Shown here piece after piece: positions 13,768 through 25,320 of a stretch of 64,000 nt of DNA. Within the stretch, counting starts at the first letter, position 1, and each line of letters begins with the position of its first letter. The notes below the pieces were generated by a model. The model did no database searches and had not been told where the DNA came from. It saw nothing but the letters and a program-made list of their open reading frames with translations. The stretch lies in assembly GCF_009914755.1 (NCBI RefSeq), contig NC_060930.1. One strand, written 5' to 3'. The position numbers were made by a program, and so were the translations under genes. The DNA comes from the human T2T-CHM13v2.0 reference genome, Homo sapiens.

Positions 13768-15487
13768 TTTTTATTATACTTTAAGTTCTAAGGTACATGT
13801 GCACAATGTGCAGGTTTGTTACATAGGTATACATGTGCCATGTTGGTTTGCTGCACCCATCAACCTGTCATTTACATTAGGTATTTCTCCTAATGCTATC
13901 CCTCCCACAGCTCCCCACCCTCTAACAGGCCCCAGTGTGTGATGTTCCCCATCCTGTGTCCAAGTGTTCTTATTGTTCAATTCCCACCTATGAGTGAGAA
14001 CATGTGGTCTTTGGTTTTCTATCCTCGTGATAGTTTGCTGGGAATGATGGTTTCCAGCTTCATTCATGTCCCTGCAAAGGACATCAACTCACCCTTTTTT
14101 GTGGCTGCATAGTATTCCATGGTGTATATGTGCCACATTTTCTTAATCTAGCCTATCATTGATGGACATTCCAAGTCTTTTCTATCATGAATAGTGCTAC
14201 AATACACATATGTGTCCATGTGTCTTTATAATAGCATGATTTATAATCCTTTGGGTATATACCCAGTAATGGGATCACTGGGTCAAATGGTATTTCTAGT
14301 TCTAGATCTTTGAGGAATCACCACACTGTCTTCCACAATGGTTGAACTAATTTACGTTCCCATCAACAGTGTAAAAGTGTTCCTATTTCTTCACATCCTC
14401 TCCAGCATCTGTCCTTTCCTGACTTTTCAATGATTGCCATTCTAACTGGTATGAGATGGTATCTCATTGTGGTTTTGATTTGCATTTCTCTGATGACCAG
14501 TGATGATGAGCATTTTTTATGTGTCTGTTGGCTGCATAAATGTCTTCTTTCAAGAAGTGTTTGTTCATATCCTTTGCCCACATTTTGATAGGGTTGTTTA
14601 TTTTTTTCTTGTATATTTGTTTAAGTTCTTTGTAGATTCTGGATATTAGCCCTTTGTTAATTGGGTAGATTGCAAAAATTTTGTCCCATTCTGTACATTG
14701 CTTGTTCACTCTGATGGTAGTTTCTTTTGCTGTGCAGAAGCTCTTTAGTTTAATTAGATCCCATGCATCTATTTTGGCTTTTGTTGCCATTGCTTTTGGT
14801 GTTTTAGTCACGAAGTCTTTGCCCATGCCTGTGTCCTGAATGGTATTGCCTAGGTTTTCTTCTAGGGTTTTTATGGTTTTAGGTCTAACATTTAAGTCTT
14901 TAATCCATCTTGAATTAATTTTTGTATAGGGTGTAAGGAATGGATCCAGTTGCAGCTTTCTACATGGTGGCTAGCCAGTTTTCCCAGAAAATATTATAAA
15001 CAACTCTATGGAAATAAACTAGAAAATCTAGAAGAAATTGATAAATTCCTGGACACATACACCCTCCCAAAACTAAACCAGGGAGAAGTTGAATCTCTGA
15101 ATAGACCACTAACAGGTTATGAAATTGAGGCAATGATTAATAGCCTACCAACCAAAAAAAGTCCAGAACGAGATGGATTCACAGCCGAATTCTACCAGAG
15201 GTACAAGGAGGAGCTGGTACCATTCCTTCTGAAACTATTCCAATCAATAGAAAAAGAGAGAATCCTCCCTAACTCATTTTATGATGCCAGCATCATCCTG
15301 ATACCAAAGCCTGTCAGAGACACAACAAAAAAAAAGAGAATTTGTATTTCTGTGGGATCAGTAGTGATATCTCCTTTATTATTTTTTAATAGATCTATTT
15401 GATTTTTCTCTTTTCTTCATTATTAGTCTTGCTAGCAGTCCATCAATTTTGTGGATCTTTTCAAAATCCACCTCCTGGATTAACTGA
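13768..15487 (-). mobile_element. L1PA (PA6/7-like) 3' portion with an internally inverted ORF2 piece at ~14986-15340
   Basis: Primate L1 3'UTR and ORF2 on the minus strand. Plus-strand ORF 14950-15402 encodes ORF2 sequence ([15 protein letters not shown]), then the minus strand resumes at ~15340. Confidence 0.9.
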
Positions 15488-16680
15488 TTCAGATTTTCTA
15501 TTTTTTCATGATTCATTGTTGTTATGTTTCTAGAAATCTAACCATTTCTTCTAGGTCATCCTATTTGTTGGTGTAAAATTGTTCGCAGTATTCTTTTATG
15601 ATCTTTTGTACTTCTGTAGTTTCAATTTTAATGTCTCCTCTTTCATTTCTTATTTTGTTAGAGTCTTCTTTTTTTTCTTAGTTGGTCTGCTAAAGTTTTG
15701 TCAATTGTTTTTATCTTTTCAAAAACTGAACTGTTAGTTTTGCAAATGTGTTCTTTTGTTTTCTAGTCTCTTACTTATTTCTGCTCTGATCTTTGTTATT
15801 TCCTTCCTTCTGCTAACTTTGGGATTAGTTTGCTCTTCTCTTTTTCTAGCTTCTTGAAATGTAACATTAGGTTGTTTGTTTGGGATCTTTCTTCTTTTTT
15901 AATATCGGCATTTATTACTATAAACTTTCCTCCTGCTAAGAACTTCTTTTGTTACATCCCATAAGTTGTGGTACGTTGCATTTTCATTTTCATCTGTCTT
16001 AAGATATTTTTTAATTTCCCTTTTGATTTCTTCATTAACCCTTTGTTTATTCAAGAGCGTGTTGGTTAATTTCCACGTATGTAATATTTTCAAATTTTAT
16101 CGTATTATTTATTTCTATTCATTTCTACTTTCATACTTTTGTGGTCAGAAAAGATACTTGATATGATTTCAGTCTTCTTAAAACTGTTGAGTCTTATTTT
16201 GTTACCTTATTTGGATAATGTCCCATTTGCACTTGAGAAGAATGAATATTCTGTTGCTGTTGGATGGAATGTTCTATATATGTCTGTTAGGTCCACTTGG
16301 TCTAAAGTGTATGTCAAGTCCAGTGTTTCCTTATTGATTTTTGTCTAGATGATATATCCACTGTTGAAAGTAAAGTATTGAAATCCTCTGCTATTATTGT
16401 ATTGCAGTCTATCTCTTTTCAGGTCTACTAATGCTTTCTTTATATGTATAGGTGATCTTATATTAGGTGCATATATATTTACAATTGTTAAGTCCTTTTC
16501 ATGAATTGACCCTTTTATCATTACATAATGACCTTCTTTGTCTCTTTTAACAGTTTTGGACTTAAAGTTCATCTCATAAAAGTACAGCTACCCTTGTCTT
16601 TTGCTTTCCACTTGCATGAAATAATTTTTTCAATCAATGTGTGTTCTTCAAGTTAAAGTGAACCTCTTACAGGCAGCCTA
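15488..16680 (-). mobile_element. Old L1M ORF2 endonuclease-region fragment (outer part of left inverted-repeat arm)
   Basis: ORFs 16345-16572 (DKEGHYVMIKGSI) and 15899-16093. 15488-16352 is the reverse complement of 25317-26182. Confidence 0.85.
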
Positions 16681-16684
16681 CGTC

Positions 16685-17795
16685 TGCATATTGTTTTTCA
16701 GTTTCTTTCCAATGCAAAGCATTTTAGTAGGTTGTCAAATATACAATTATTAGAAATATCTAAATATTACCTGTAAAAACTAGTATATCACATTAGATAA
16801 TTCTATAAAATAAGGAAACACAAATCACACATTGCCACAACCTCTGCAGTCCAATAATATCCCCCGTTGATAGTACAAATTACAAATACATTTTTAAAAT
16901 AAAGACATGATTTCGACATTTAAACCAAAGTAACTATGGCTAACCTAAATACATTCATTCATCAAGTACAATAAATTAAGCATTGCTACTTATAGTCACT
17001 AATAACAAAATTTTAGGTTCAATTTTACCTAAAATTTCATAAATCTTCCAATACAGTTCCCATAGTAAAGTGTCTTTGTGTGTGCCATTTTAATTTATAT
17101 GCGGGTGCATCATATATCAGACTTAAGACTATTTCACTTCATAATTAAATTGTTCATACATATATATTGAAAGTGAACACCCGGCCAAAATTTAATCCCA
17201 ATGATGACAAAATGTAAAATTGTTTTAAATTCTTGAATGCATATACTGATTTGTTTAATTGCCTGCATACTACTTTTTTTAATTAGAGACTATCAAAGTA
17301 AGTAATAAGAATTTAAATATTAACTCAAAAAAAGATGAAGCCTTCAACCTTCCTACAATAGTAACAAGCATTTTAAATAACAATACAAGGAGTCTGTAAG
17401 CTAAAAAGTAACTTCATATTCATTGCAAAACTTAAAATACCAGTGAATTGAAGATAAGATTGAGGTCTAAAATATTTGTACTGTATTGTAAAATACAATT
17501 TAAAATGTGCAGTTAATTTGCTTGTGGACATGTAATGGAATGTTTTTCAACAGTAATGTTATGTTAAACACACTTTAAATGGTCACTCTAAGCAAACATA
17601 ACCTTACTAGCAAGAAAAGCGAAAAATTAAGGCTTTCATGCTATCTATATCTACTACACAAAGTCAAAAGTCAAATAGAGCTTACAATGTGGCAAAATAT
17701 TTCTAACTTCTGTGACATTAGTTGCTTCACCTCAACTCAATACTTATCATCTTATCTTTATACAAACTCAAATGCTAGTTATCTTTACTATCCAT
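16685..17795 (-). pseudogene. Probable 3'-terminal ~1.1 kb of the NORAD retrocopy, detached from the main body
   Basis: Non-L1 AT-rich block. The minus strand ends ...aaaatgctttgcattggaaagaaactgaaaaacaatatgca, matching my recollection of the NORAD 3' end with a decayed polyA signal (AAGAAA). No polyA tail is visible. Confidence 0.6.
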
Positions 17796-17799
17796 AAAT

Positions 17800-18430
17800 A
17801 CAAATTAAACTAAGGAGCTTCCGCACAGCAAAAGAAACTATAAATAGAATAAACAGACAACTTACGGAAGGTGAGAAAAGATTCACAAACTATGCATACA
17901 ACAAAGGTCTAATATCCAGAATCTATAAGGAACTTAAATCAACAAACATAACCCCATTAAAAAATTAACAAATGACAAAGGATGAACAGACACTTCTCAA
18001 AAGAAGACATAAAGGTGACCAATAAACATATGGAAAAAATTGTTCATCATTACTAATCATCAGAGAAACGGAAATCAAAACCACAATGAGATTCCATCTC
18101 ACACCAGTCAGAACGGCTGCTATTTAAAAGTCAAAAAACAACAGATATTGCGGAGGCTGCAGAGAAACGCGAACGCTTATACACTGTTGGTGAGAATGAA
18201 CATTAGTTCAGCCACTGTGGAAAGCAGTTTGGAGAATTTTCCAAAAGAACTAAAAACAGAGCTACCATTGGACCCAGCAATTCCATTACCGCGTATTTAG
18301 TCAAAGGAAAATATATCATTATACCAAAAGGACACACGCACTCATGTTCATGGCAGCACTATTCACAATAGCAGAGACATAGAACCAACCTAGGTGCCCA
18401 TCAGTGGTGGATTGGATAGAGACAATGTGG
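17800..18430 (+). mobile_element. L1 ORF2 3' fragment abutting the NORAD 5' end
   Basis: L1 motifs (aaatcaaaaccacaatgag; tggatagagacaatgtgg). 18033-18430 is the reverse complement of 24933-25320. Confidence 0.85.
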
Positions 18431-19038
18431 AGTTCCGGCAGAGACCCGGGTGAGACGCGCTGACCATGGGCCTGCGGAGGGGCTGGGGGTTCAGGACCTC
18501 CCGCAGCCTCTGCCCTGCAGGCTCCAGGTGCCCTCGCTGTGGCTCCCCTCGCGGGCCCAGGCCTGAAGAAGCCGCGAACCTCTCTTCCCTACCCCACCTC
18601 GGTGACAGATGGCAGCTCCTCTCTCAGCCCAGACCCCGCCAGCCTCCATGTCTCCCGGCCCAGCCCTGCGGGGCCTAAACTAAGCCCCTGCCGAGCTGCT
18701 AGGATGCAGCGCATTTGAGTGGCTGCGGGCGTGGGGGGCCGGGAAGCATGGCGACCGCCCCAACTCGCAGCGGAGGCCGTTAGGGTGTGGAGGGCGCGGG
18801 AAGGTGGGTCGCCTGCCACTGGGGCGCGGGCAGATCGGACCGCTCTGTCCCAACTGGTCGAGACCGACCTAGTCCTGACGACAGGAACAACGGCATTAAC
18901 AACGGCCGGAAGGTGAGCGGTGTCCCAGACAACGACGGATAGCGGCCACCTGGCCACTGGTCTTCCTTCTCTACCAGACCTGTATGTGGGAAGAGAGAAG
19001 TGGTGGAACAACAGGCCACATTTGGCGCATTGGAGATG
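18431..19038 (+). pseudogene. Second, inverted copy of the CpG-rich 5' ~600 nt of the NORAD retrocopy
   Basis: Starts AGTTCCGGCAGAGAC. Contains gcgaacctctcttccctaccccacctcggtgac, cctagtcctgacgaca and ggaaggtgagcg as in NORAD. Reverse complement of 24328-24932 with about 8 substitutions and one 3-nt indel. Confidence 0.88.
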
Positions 19039-21205
19039 AAATTCTTGGTTGAAAATTCTTTTCTTTAAGAATGTTGAATATTGGCCCCCACTCTCTTCTG
19101 GCTTGTAGGGTTTCTGCAGAGAGATATGCTGTTAGTCTGATGGGCTTCCCTTTATAGGTAACCTGACCCTTCTCTCTGGCTGCCCTTAACTTTTTTTCCT
19201 TCATTTCAAGCTTGGAGAATCTGACAATTACGTTTCTTGGGGTTGCTTTTCTCGAGCAGTATCTTAGTGGTGTTCTCGTATTTCCTGAATTTGAATGTTG
19301 GCCTGTATTGCTACCTTGTGGAAGTTCTCCTGGATAATATCCTGAAGCTGTTTTCCAGCTTGGTTCCATTCTTCTCGTCACTTTCAGGTAAACCAATCAA
19401 ACATAAGTTTGGTCTTTTCACATAGTCCCATATTTCCTGGAGGCTTTGTTTGTTCCTTTTCATTCTTTTTTCTCTAATCTTGTCTTCACACCTTATTTCA
19501 GTAAGTTGGTCTTCAGTCTCTAATATCCGTTCTTCTGCTTGATCGATTTGGCTATTGATCCTTGTGTATATCTTACAAAGTTCTCGTGCTGTGTTTTTCA
19601 GCTCCTCAGGTCATTTATGTTCTCCTCTAAACTGGCTAGTCTAGTTAGCAGTTTCTGTAACCTTTTATCAAGGTTCTTAGCTTCCTTGCATTGGGTTAGA
19701 ACATGCTCCTTTAGCTCACAGGAGTTTGTTATTACACACCTTGTGAAGCCTACTTCTGTCATTCATCAATCTCCTTCTCCAGTTTTGTGCCCTTGCTGGA
19801 GAGGAGTTGAGATCATTTTGAGTAGAAGAGGCATTCTGGTTTTTGGAATTTTCAGCGTTTTTATGCTAGTTTTTCCTCATCTTTGTGGATTTATCTACCT
19901 TTGATCTTTGAGGCTGATGACTTTGGATGGGGTTTTTGTGTGACGGTCCTTTATGTTGATGTTGACGTTGTTTCTGTTTGTTAGTTTTCCTTATAACAGT
20001 CAGGCCCCTCTTCTGCGGGTCTGCTGCAGTTTGCTGGAAGTGTACTCCAGACCCTGTTTGCCTGGGTATCACCAGCAGAGGCTGTAGAACAGCAAAGATT
20101 GCTTCCTGCTCCTTCCTCTGGAAGCTTCGTCCCAGAAGGGCACTGGCCTGATGACAGCTGGAGCTCTCCTGTGTGAGGTTCTGTCAAGCCCTGTTGGGAG
20201 TTGTCTCCCAGTCAGGAGGCATGGGGGTTAGGGACCCACTTGAGGAGGGAGTGTGTCCCTTAAGAGAACTGGTGTGCTGTGCTGGGAGAATCCCTCTTGT
20301 CAGGATCAGCTGCTGTCTTCAGAGCAGGCAGGCAGGAACGATTAAATCTGCTTGTGCTGTGCCCACAGCCACCTCTTCCCCAGGTGCTCTGTCCCAGGGA
20401 GATGGGGGTTTTGTCTGTAAGCCTCTGACTGGGGCTGTTACCTTTCTTTCAGAGATGCCCTGCCCAGTGAGGGGGAATCTAGAGAAGCAGTCTGGCCACA
20501 GCTGCTTTGCTGCACTGTGATGAATTTGCCAGTCCATACCTCCGAGACTCCTTGGAACTGTCAGGGAAAATGGCCTACTAAAGCCTCAGTAATGGCAGAC
20601 GTCCCTCATCCCATGAAGCTCAATTGTCCTAGGTTGACTTCAGACTGCTGTGCTGGCAGTGAGAATTTCAAGCCAGTGGTTCTTAGCTTGCTAGGTTCTG
20701 TGGGAGTGGGACCTGCTGAGCGAGACCACTTGGCTCCCTGGCTTCAGCCTCCTTTCCAGGGGAGTAAATGGTTCTGTCTCGCTGGGGTTCCAGGCATCAC
20801 TAGGGTAGGAAAAATACTCCTTCATCTAGCTCTGTGTCTGCCCAAATGGCCACCCAGTTTTGTGCTTGAAACCTAAGGCCCTGGTGGTGTAGGCACACAA
20901 GGGAATCTCCTGATCTACAGATTGCAAAAACCATGGAAAAAGTGTAGTAACAAGCTAGGCAGCACTGTCCCTCATGGCTCCCCTGGCTCGGGGAAAGAGG
21001 TCCCCTGGCCTCTTGAACTTCCTGGGTAAGCAACTCCCCACCCTTCTTCTGCTTGCCCTCCATGGGTTTGACCTGCTGCCTAACCAGTCCTAATGAGAGG
21101 AACGGGGTACCTCAGTTGGAAATGCAGAAATCACCTGCCATCTGGATTGGTCTTGCTGGGAGCTGCAAACCAGAACTGCTCCTATTTGGCCGTCTTCGGC
21201 TTCAT
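19034..21205 (-). mobile_element. L1PA7/8-like 5'UTR plus ORF1 part, 3'-truncated
   Basis: The minus strand begins gaagacggccaaataggagcagttctggtttgcagctcccagc. ORF 18971-19396 carries ORF1 sequence (KLRAAREKGQVTYKGKPIRLTA). It joins the NORAD copy at microhomology tggagatg (19031-19038). Confidence 0.9.
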
Positions 21206-21212
21206 CCTTTTG

Positions 21213-24200
21213 TGTTTTTAAGAACAGTCTTCCCTATGAATTTTACCAAAAAGTGTACTCAGTACAGTAGTTTACTAACTCTACTTTTGTCATACACTAG
21301 AAACATCTTAATATCTACAAAGACTAGATGTTGAAAATTAGGACTAATTTGTCCACTTATATGCACTATATACACAGCACAGTAAAAGAAAATGCAGACA
21401 TAAGGGACAATGGTAAAGTGTGCCTCACCATAAACACACTGGTATTTCAATTACCCTTTGCCCTTTCTGCTCCTCTTTCCTCCCTGAGCCAACACACATA
21501 TAGTAATGTGTACTGCTCAGATAAGTGGTTTGATCCATTTCCCAAAGACAATATTTCATATGAATCAAAAGGATATCTACAAAGTGTTATTTACTCCCTC
21601 TACTTTTAACATACTTTGTGCACTTCTAGAAAGACTAGATGTTTCAAATAAGGACTTAAATTTGTCCACTATATACACAGGTAACAATGGTTATATCTGA
21701 AAGTGTCTTCTAAATAGGAACATTCTGGTCTAAAATCTTTCATTCCTTCTAACTCCTCTCTACCACCAACCTAGTGGATATAGGCATATGTGTCATTTAG
21801 AACTGATGTTATCATTTCACTTCCAAAAGTCCTTTTCAGAAGATAGCCTTTCTATGAATTTCAACAAAGTGTACAAAAATAGAGTTAGTAAACTAACTCT
21901 CATAAATTGTTATAAATTGGCAACCTCTTTAATATCTAGAGACTAGACTAGATATTATAAAATTAAGACTACTTCATCCAGTATACACACAATATATACA
22001 GTATAGCAAAGTTAAATGCAATGCATGTAACATATAGGTAATGGATTAAGCTGAAATTTTCTAGTAAACATTAGCAAAACACTTTTTATTTTTTATTTTT
22101 TATTATTATACTTTAAGTTTTAGGGTACATGTGCACATTGTGCAGGTTAGTTACATATGTATACATGTGCCACGCTGGTGCGCTGCACCCACTAACTCGC
22201 ATCTAGCATTAGGTATATCTCCCAACGCTATCCCTCCCCCCTCCCCCCACCCCACAACAGTCCCCAGAGTGTGATATTCCCCTTCCTGTGTCCATGTGAT
22301 CTCGTTGTTCAGTTCCCACCTATGAGTGAGAATATGCGGTGTTTGGCTTGGATGAAATTGGAAATCATCATTCTCAGTAAACTATCGCAAGAGCAAGACA
22401 CTTTTTGCAATATCTTCCTTCCAATCTCCCTCAACCCAATGAACATGTACAGAGAGGACGCTGTTCACAGAGGTGGTTCAACAATGCCAGTTCCAAAAAG
22501 TATTTCTCATTACTTTTAAAAGATATTTACAGAAAGTGTTATTCTACTACTTCTATTTTTAAATACACCAAGCACTTCCAAATATCTAGAAAGATTAAAT
22601 ATTTCATATAACTTGTCCACCATGTACATGGCACTGTTAAATAAAATTGCACACACATAACAACAGTTATAATCTGAGGTATCTTCTAAACATGACCATT
22701 TTGGCCTTGAAGTAGTCCTTCCTTTCTTCTCTCTGCCTTTATTTCAGTAGACAAGTATAGGCATGTGTCATACTTTAGAAATGGTTGAACAAATTTAGAT
22801 CCAAAAGTTATTTACAGAAGACAAGGTTTCCTATGAATTTCAACACAAAGCTTACAAAAAGTGCTAATTTTACTAAGTACTTTGTCATACACTGCCAGCC
22901 TCTTTAACATCTAGAGACTAGATGTTGCAAAATTAGGACTCATTTGTTCATTATATGCGCTATATACAGAGCAAAACACAATGCACAAAACATACAGAAA
23001 AATGGTGCCTGAAAATGTGCAAGTATGAGCACACTAGCATGTTACCTTTTGCAGTTTCATCCGTCCCAGCTCCTCTAAACTACTGAGCAAGTATAGACAG
23101 TACTATACCACTCACAAAGATGGCTTAATAATTCAATTTCCAAAACACAGTATTTCCTATGAATTTCAGCAAAAAGACATTTACAAAGTGAAATTTTGCT
23201 ACCTCTACATTTAACATACATCAGGCCCTTCTAAACATCTAAATAGACTAGCGGTTTCAGGTAAGAAGTTAATCTGTCCACTATGTACACTGCAGCCTTG
23301 AATAAACTGCATACATGTAACAATAGTTATAATTTGAAGGAGTCTTCCAAATGTGAACATTCTGGCCTAAAAATCTTTCCATCTCCATCAACCCAGTGGG
23401 CAAGAATGCTCAAGTTTTCAGAAGACAATCTTCCCTAGGAATTTAAAAACAAAATGTACAAAAATATTAGTTTGCTAACTCTACTTTTGTAATTCACTGG
23501 CAACCTCCATAACATCTAGAAAGACTAGATGTAAATTAGGACTTGTTTTCCTCTATATACACTTTATACATAGATAAGTAAAAGAAAATGCACAAACATA
23601 AGATATAATGGTTAATCTTGCCTCACTGTAAGCACACTGGTGGCACAGAGCTCTCTGCACAGCCTCCTCCTCCTCCTCTCCTGAACTGGCGCATAATACA
23701 ATGCATATTACTCAACTTGTGGTTTGGCCCTTCCCCCTAAAACAATGTTTCATTCGAATTTTAACAAAAAGATACTTACAAGATGTGTTATTTTACTACT
23801 TCTAGTTTAAACATATATCAGGCACCTCAGAACATCTAGAAACACTAGACATTTCAAAAAAGTGTAGCATTGTCAATGATCTATACAGTAGTAGGGAATA
23901 AAACGCACACAAAACAATGGAAAGAATATGAGAATGTCTTCTGAATATGACTAGTCTGGCACAGAACCTTCTTCTTTTCCTTCTCAGGTCTTCTTCTTCA
24001 TGCCCTCTAACCCACTGAACAAATGTGGTTGTGTCTGTCGTTCCTGGTATGGCTTCCAGAAGTGGTCCAACAATTCCATTGCGAAAAGCCATTTCCAGAA
24101 GACATCTATTTTCTATCATTTCTTTTTGAACAAATGAGAATTTATAAGATGTGTGATTTTCTAACTTTATCATACATCACAACCTCTTTCCATCTAGAAG

Positions 24201-24932
24201 GGCTAAATGTGGCAAATGTTTTCTATTTAAAAGTTGGGGCGGGGGCAGTTGAGAGCCGCTTTCTCACTTTACACACGCAGGGCCTTCTATAAACGGTGGT
24301 AATTAAATCTTCCCAAAGGGTAGTGGGCATCTCCAATACGCCAAATGTGGCCTGTTCCACCACTTCTCTCTTCCCACATCCAGGTCTGGTAGAGAAGGAA
24401 GACCAGTGGCCAGGTGGCCGCTATCCGTCGTTGTCTGGGACACTGCTCACCTTCCGGCCGTTGTTAATGCCGTTGTTCCTGTCGTCAGGACTAGGTCGGT
24501 CTCGACCAGCTGGGACAGAGCGGTCCGATCTGCCCGCGCCCCGGTGGCAGGCGACCCACCTTCCCGCGCCCTCCACACCCTAACGGCCTCCGCTGCGAGT
24601 TGGGGCGGTCGCCATGCTTCCCGGCCCCCCACGCCCGCAGCCACTCAAATGCGCTGCATCCTAGCAGCTCGGCAGGGGCTTAGTTTAGGCCCCGCAGGGC
24701 TGGGCCGGGAGACATGGAGGCCGGCGGGGTCTGGGCTGAGAGAGGAGCTGCCATCAGTCACGGAGGTGGGGTAGGGAAGAGAGGTTCGCGGCTTCTTCAG
24801 GCCTGGGCCCGCGAGGGGAGCCACAGCGAGGGCACCTGGAGCCTGCAGGGCAGAGGCTGCGGGAGGTCCTGAACCCCCAGCCCCTCCGCAGGCCCATGGT
24901 CAGCGCGTCCCACCCGGGTCTCTGCCGGAACT
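21213..24932 (-). pseudogene. Processed (retro)copy of lncRNA NORAD/LINC00657: 5' CpG-rich region plus 8 repeat units
   Basis: The minus strand starts agttccggcagagac and includes cccttctagatggaaagaggtt and gaagacctgagaaggaaaagaagaaggttctgtgccagactagtcatatt, recalled NORAD sequence. It has ~310-nt internal repeats and 10 TGTANATA Pumilio elements. Confidence 0.88.
22088..22391 (-). mobile_element. Young L1PA2-like 3' end with a 5' inversion (twin priming)
   Basis: Minus-strand 3'UTR to 22346, inverted piece 22347-22391. TSD agcaaaacacttttt (22073-22087) / agcaagacacttttt (22392-22406). Carries the GAG diagnostic rather than the L1HS-Ta ACA. Confidence 0.9.
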
Positions 24933-25320
24933 CCACATTGTCTCTATCCAATCCACCACTGATGGGCAGGCCTATGTCTCTGCTGTTGTGAATAGTGCTG
25001 CCATGAACATGAGTGCGTGTGTTCTTTTGGTATAATGATATATTTTCCTTTGACTAAATACGCAGGAATGGTATTGCTGGGTCCAATGGTAGCTGTTTTT
25101 AGTTCTTTTGGAAAATCTCCAAACTGCTTTCCACAGTGGCTGAACTAATGTTCATTCTCACCAACAGTGTATAAGCGTTCACGTTTCTCTGCAGCCTCCG
25201 CAATATCTGTTGTTTTTTGACTTTTAAATAGCAGCCATTCTGACTGGTGTTAGATGATATCTCATTGTGGTTTTGATTTGCATTTCTCTGATGATTAGTA
25301 ATGATGAACAATTTTTTCAT
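24933..25320 (-). mobile_element. L1 ORF2 3' fragment (right inverted-repeat arm)
   Basis: Reverse complement of 18033-18430; ORF 25099-25320 mirrors ORF 18040-18300. Confidence 0.88.

Noticed and set aside
18466-19019. GC-rich ORFs of 65-140 aa here and their mirrors at 24296-24951 as a duplicated protein gene
   Set aside because: They overlap on both strands of a GC-rich lncRNA 5' region, have no recognisable domain, and are similar only because of the inverted duplication.
13768-21205. L1 3' part (13768-15487) and L1 5' part (19034-21205) as one full-length element interrupted by the left arm
   Set aside because: Strand and approximate age are compatible, but I found no shared TSD and the DNA beyond the tail at 13768 is not NORAD-like. 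Unsupported without outgroups.
21230-23900. CRISPR-like or satellite array
   Set aside because: The units are long, diverged and lack repeat-spacer structure. They are explained as NORAD repeat units in eukaryotic DNA.
23802-24173. 123-aa ORF on the NORAD-sense strand
   Set aside because: No recognisable homology and the parent RNA is non-coding. Nothing in the sequence supports translation.
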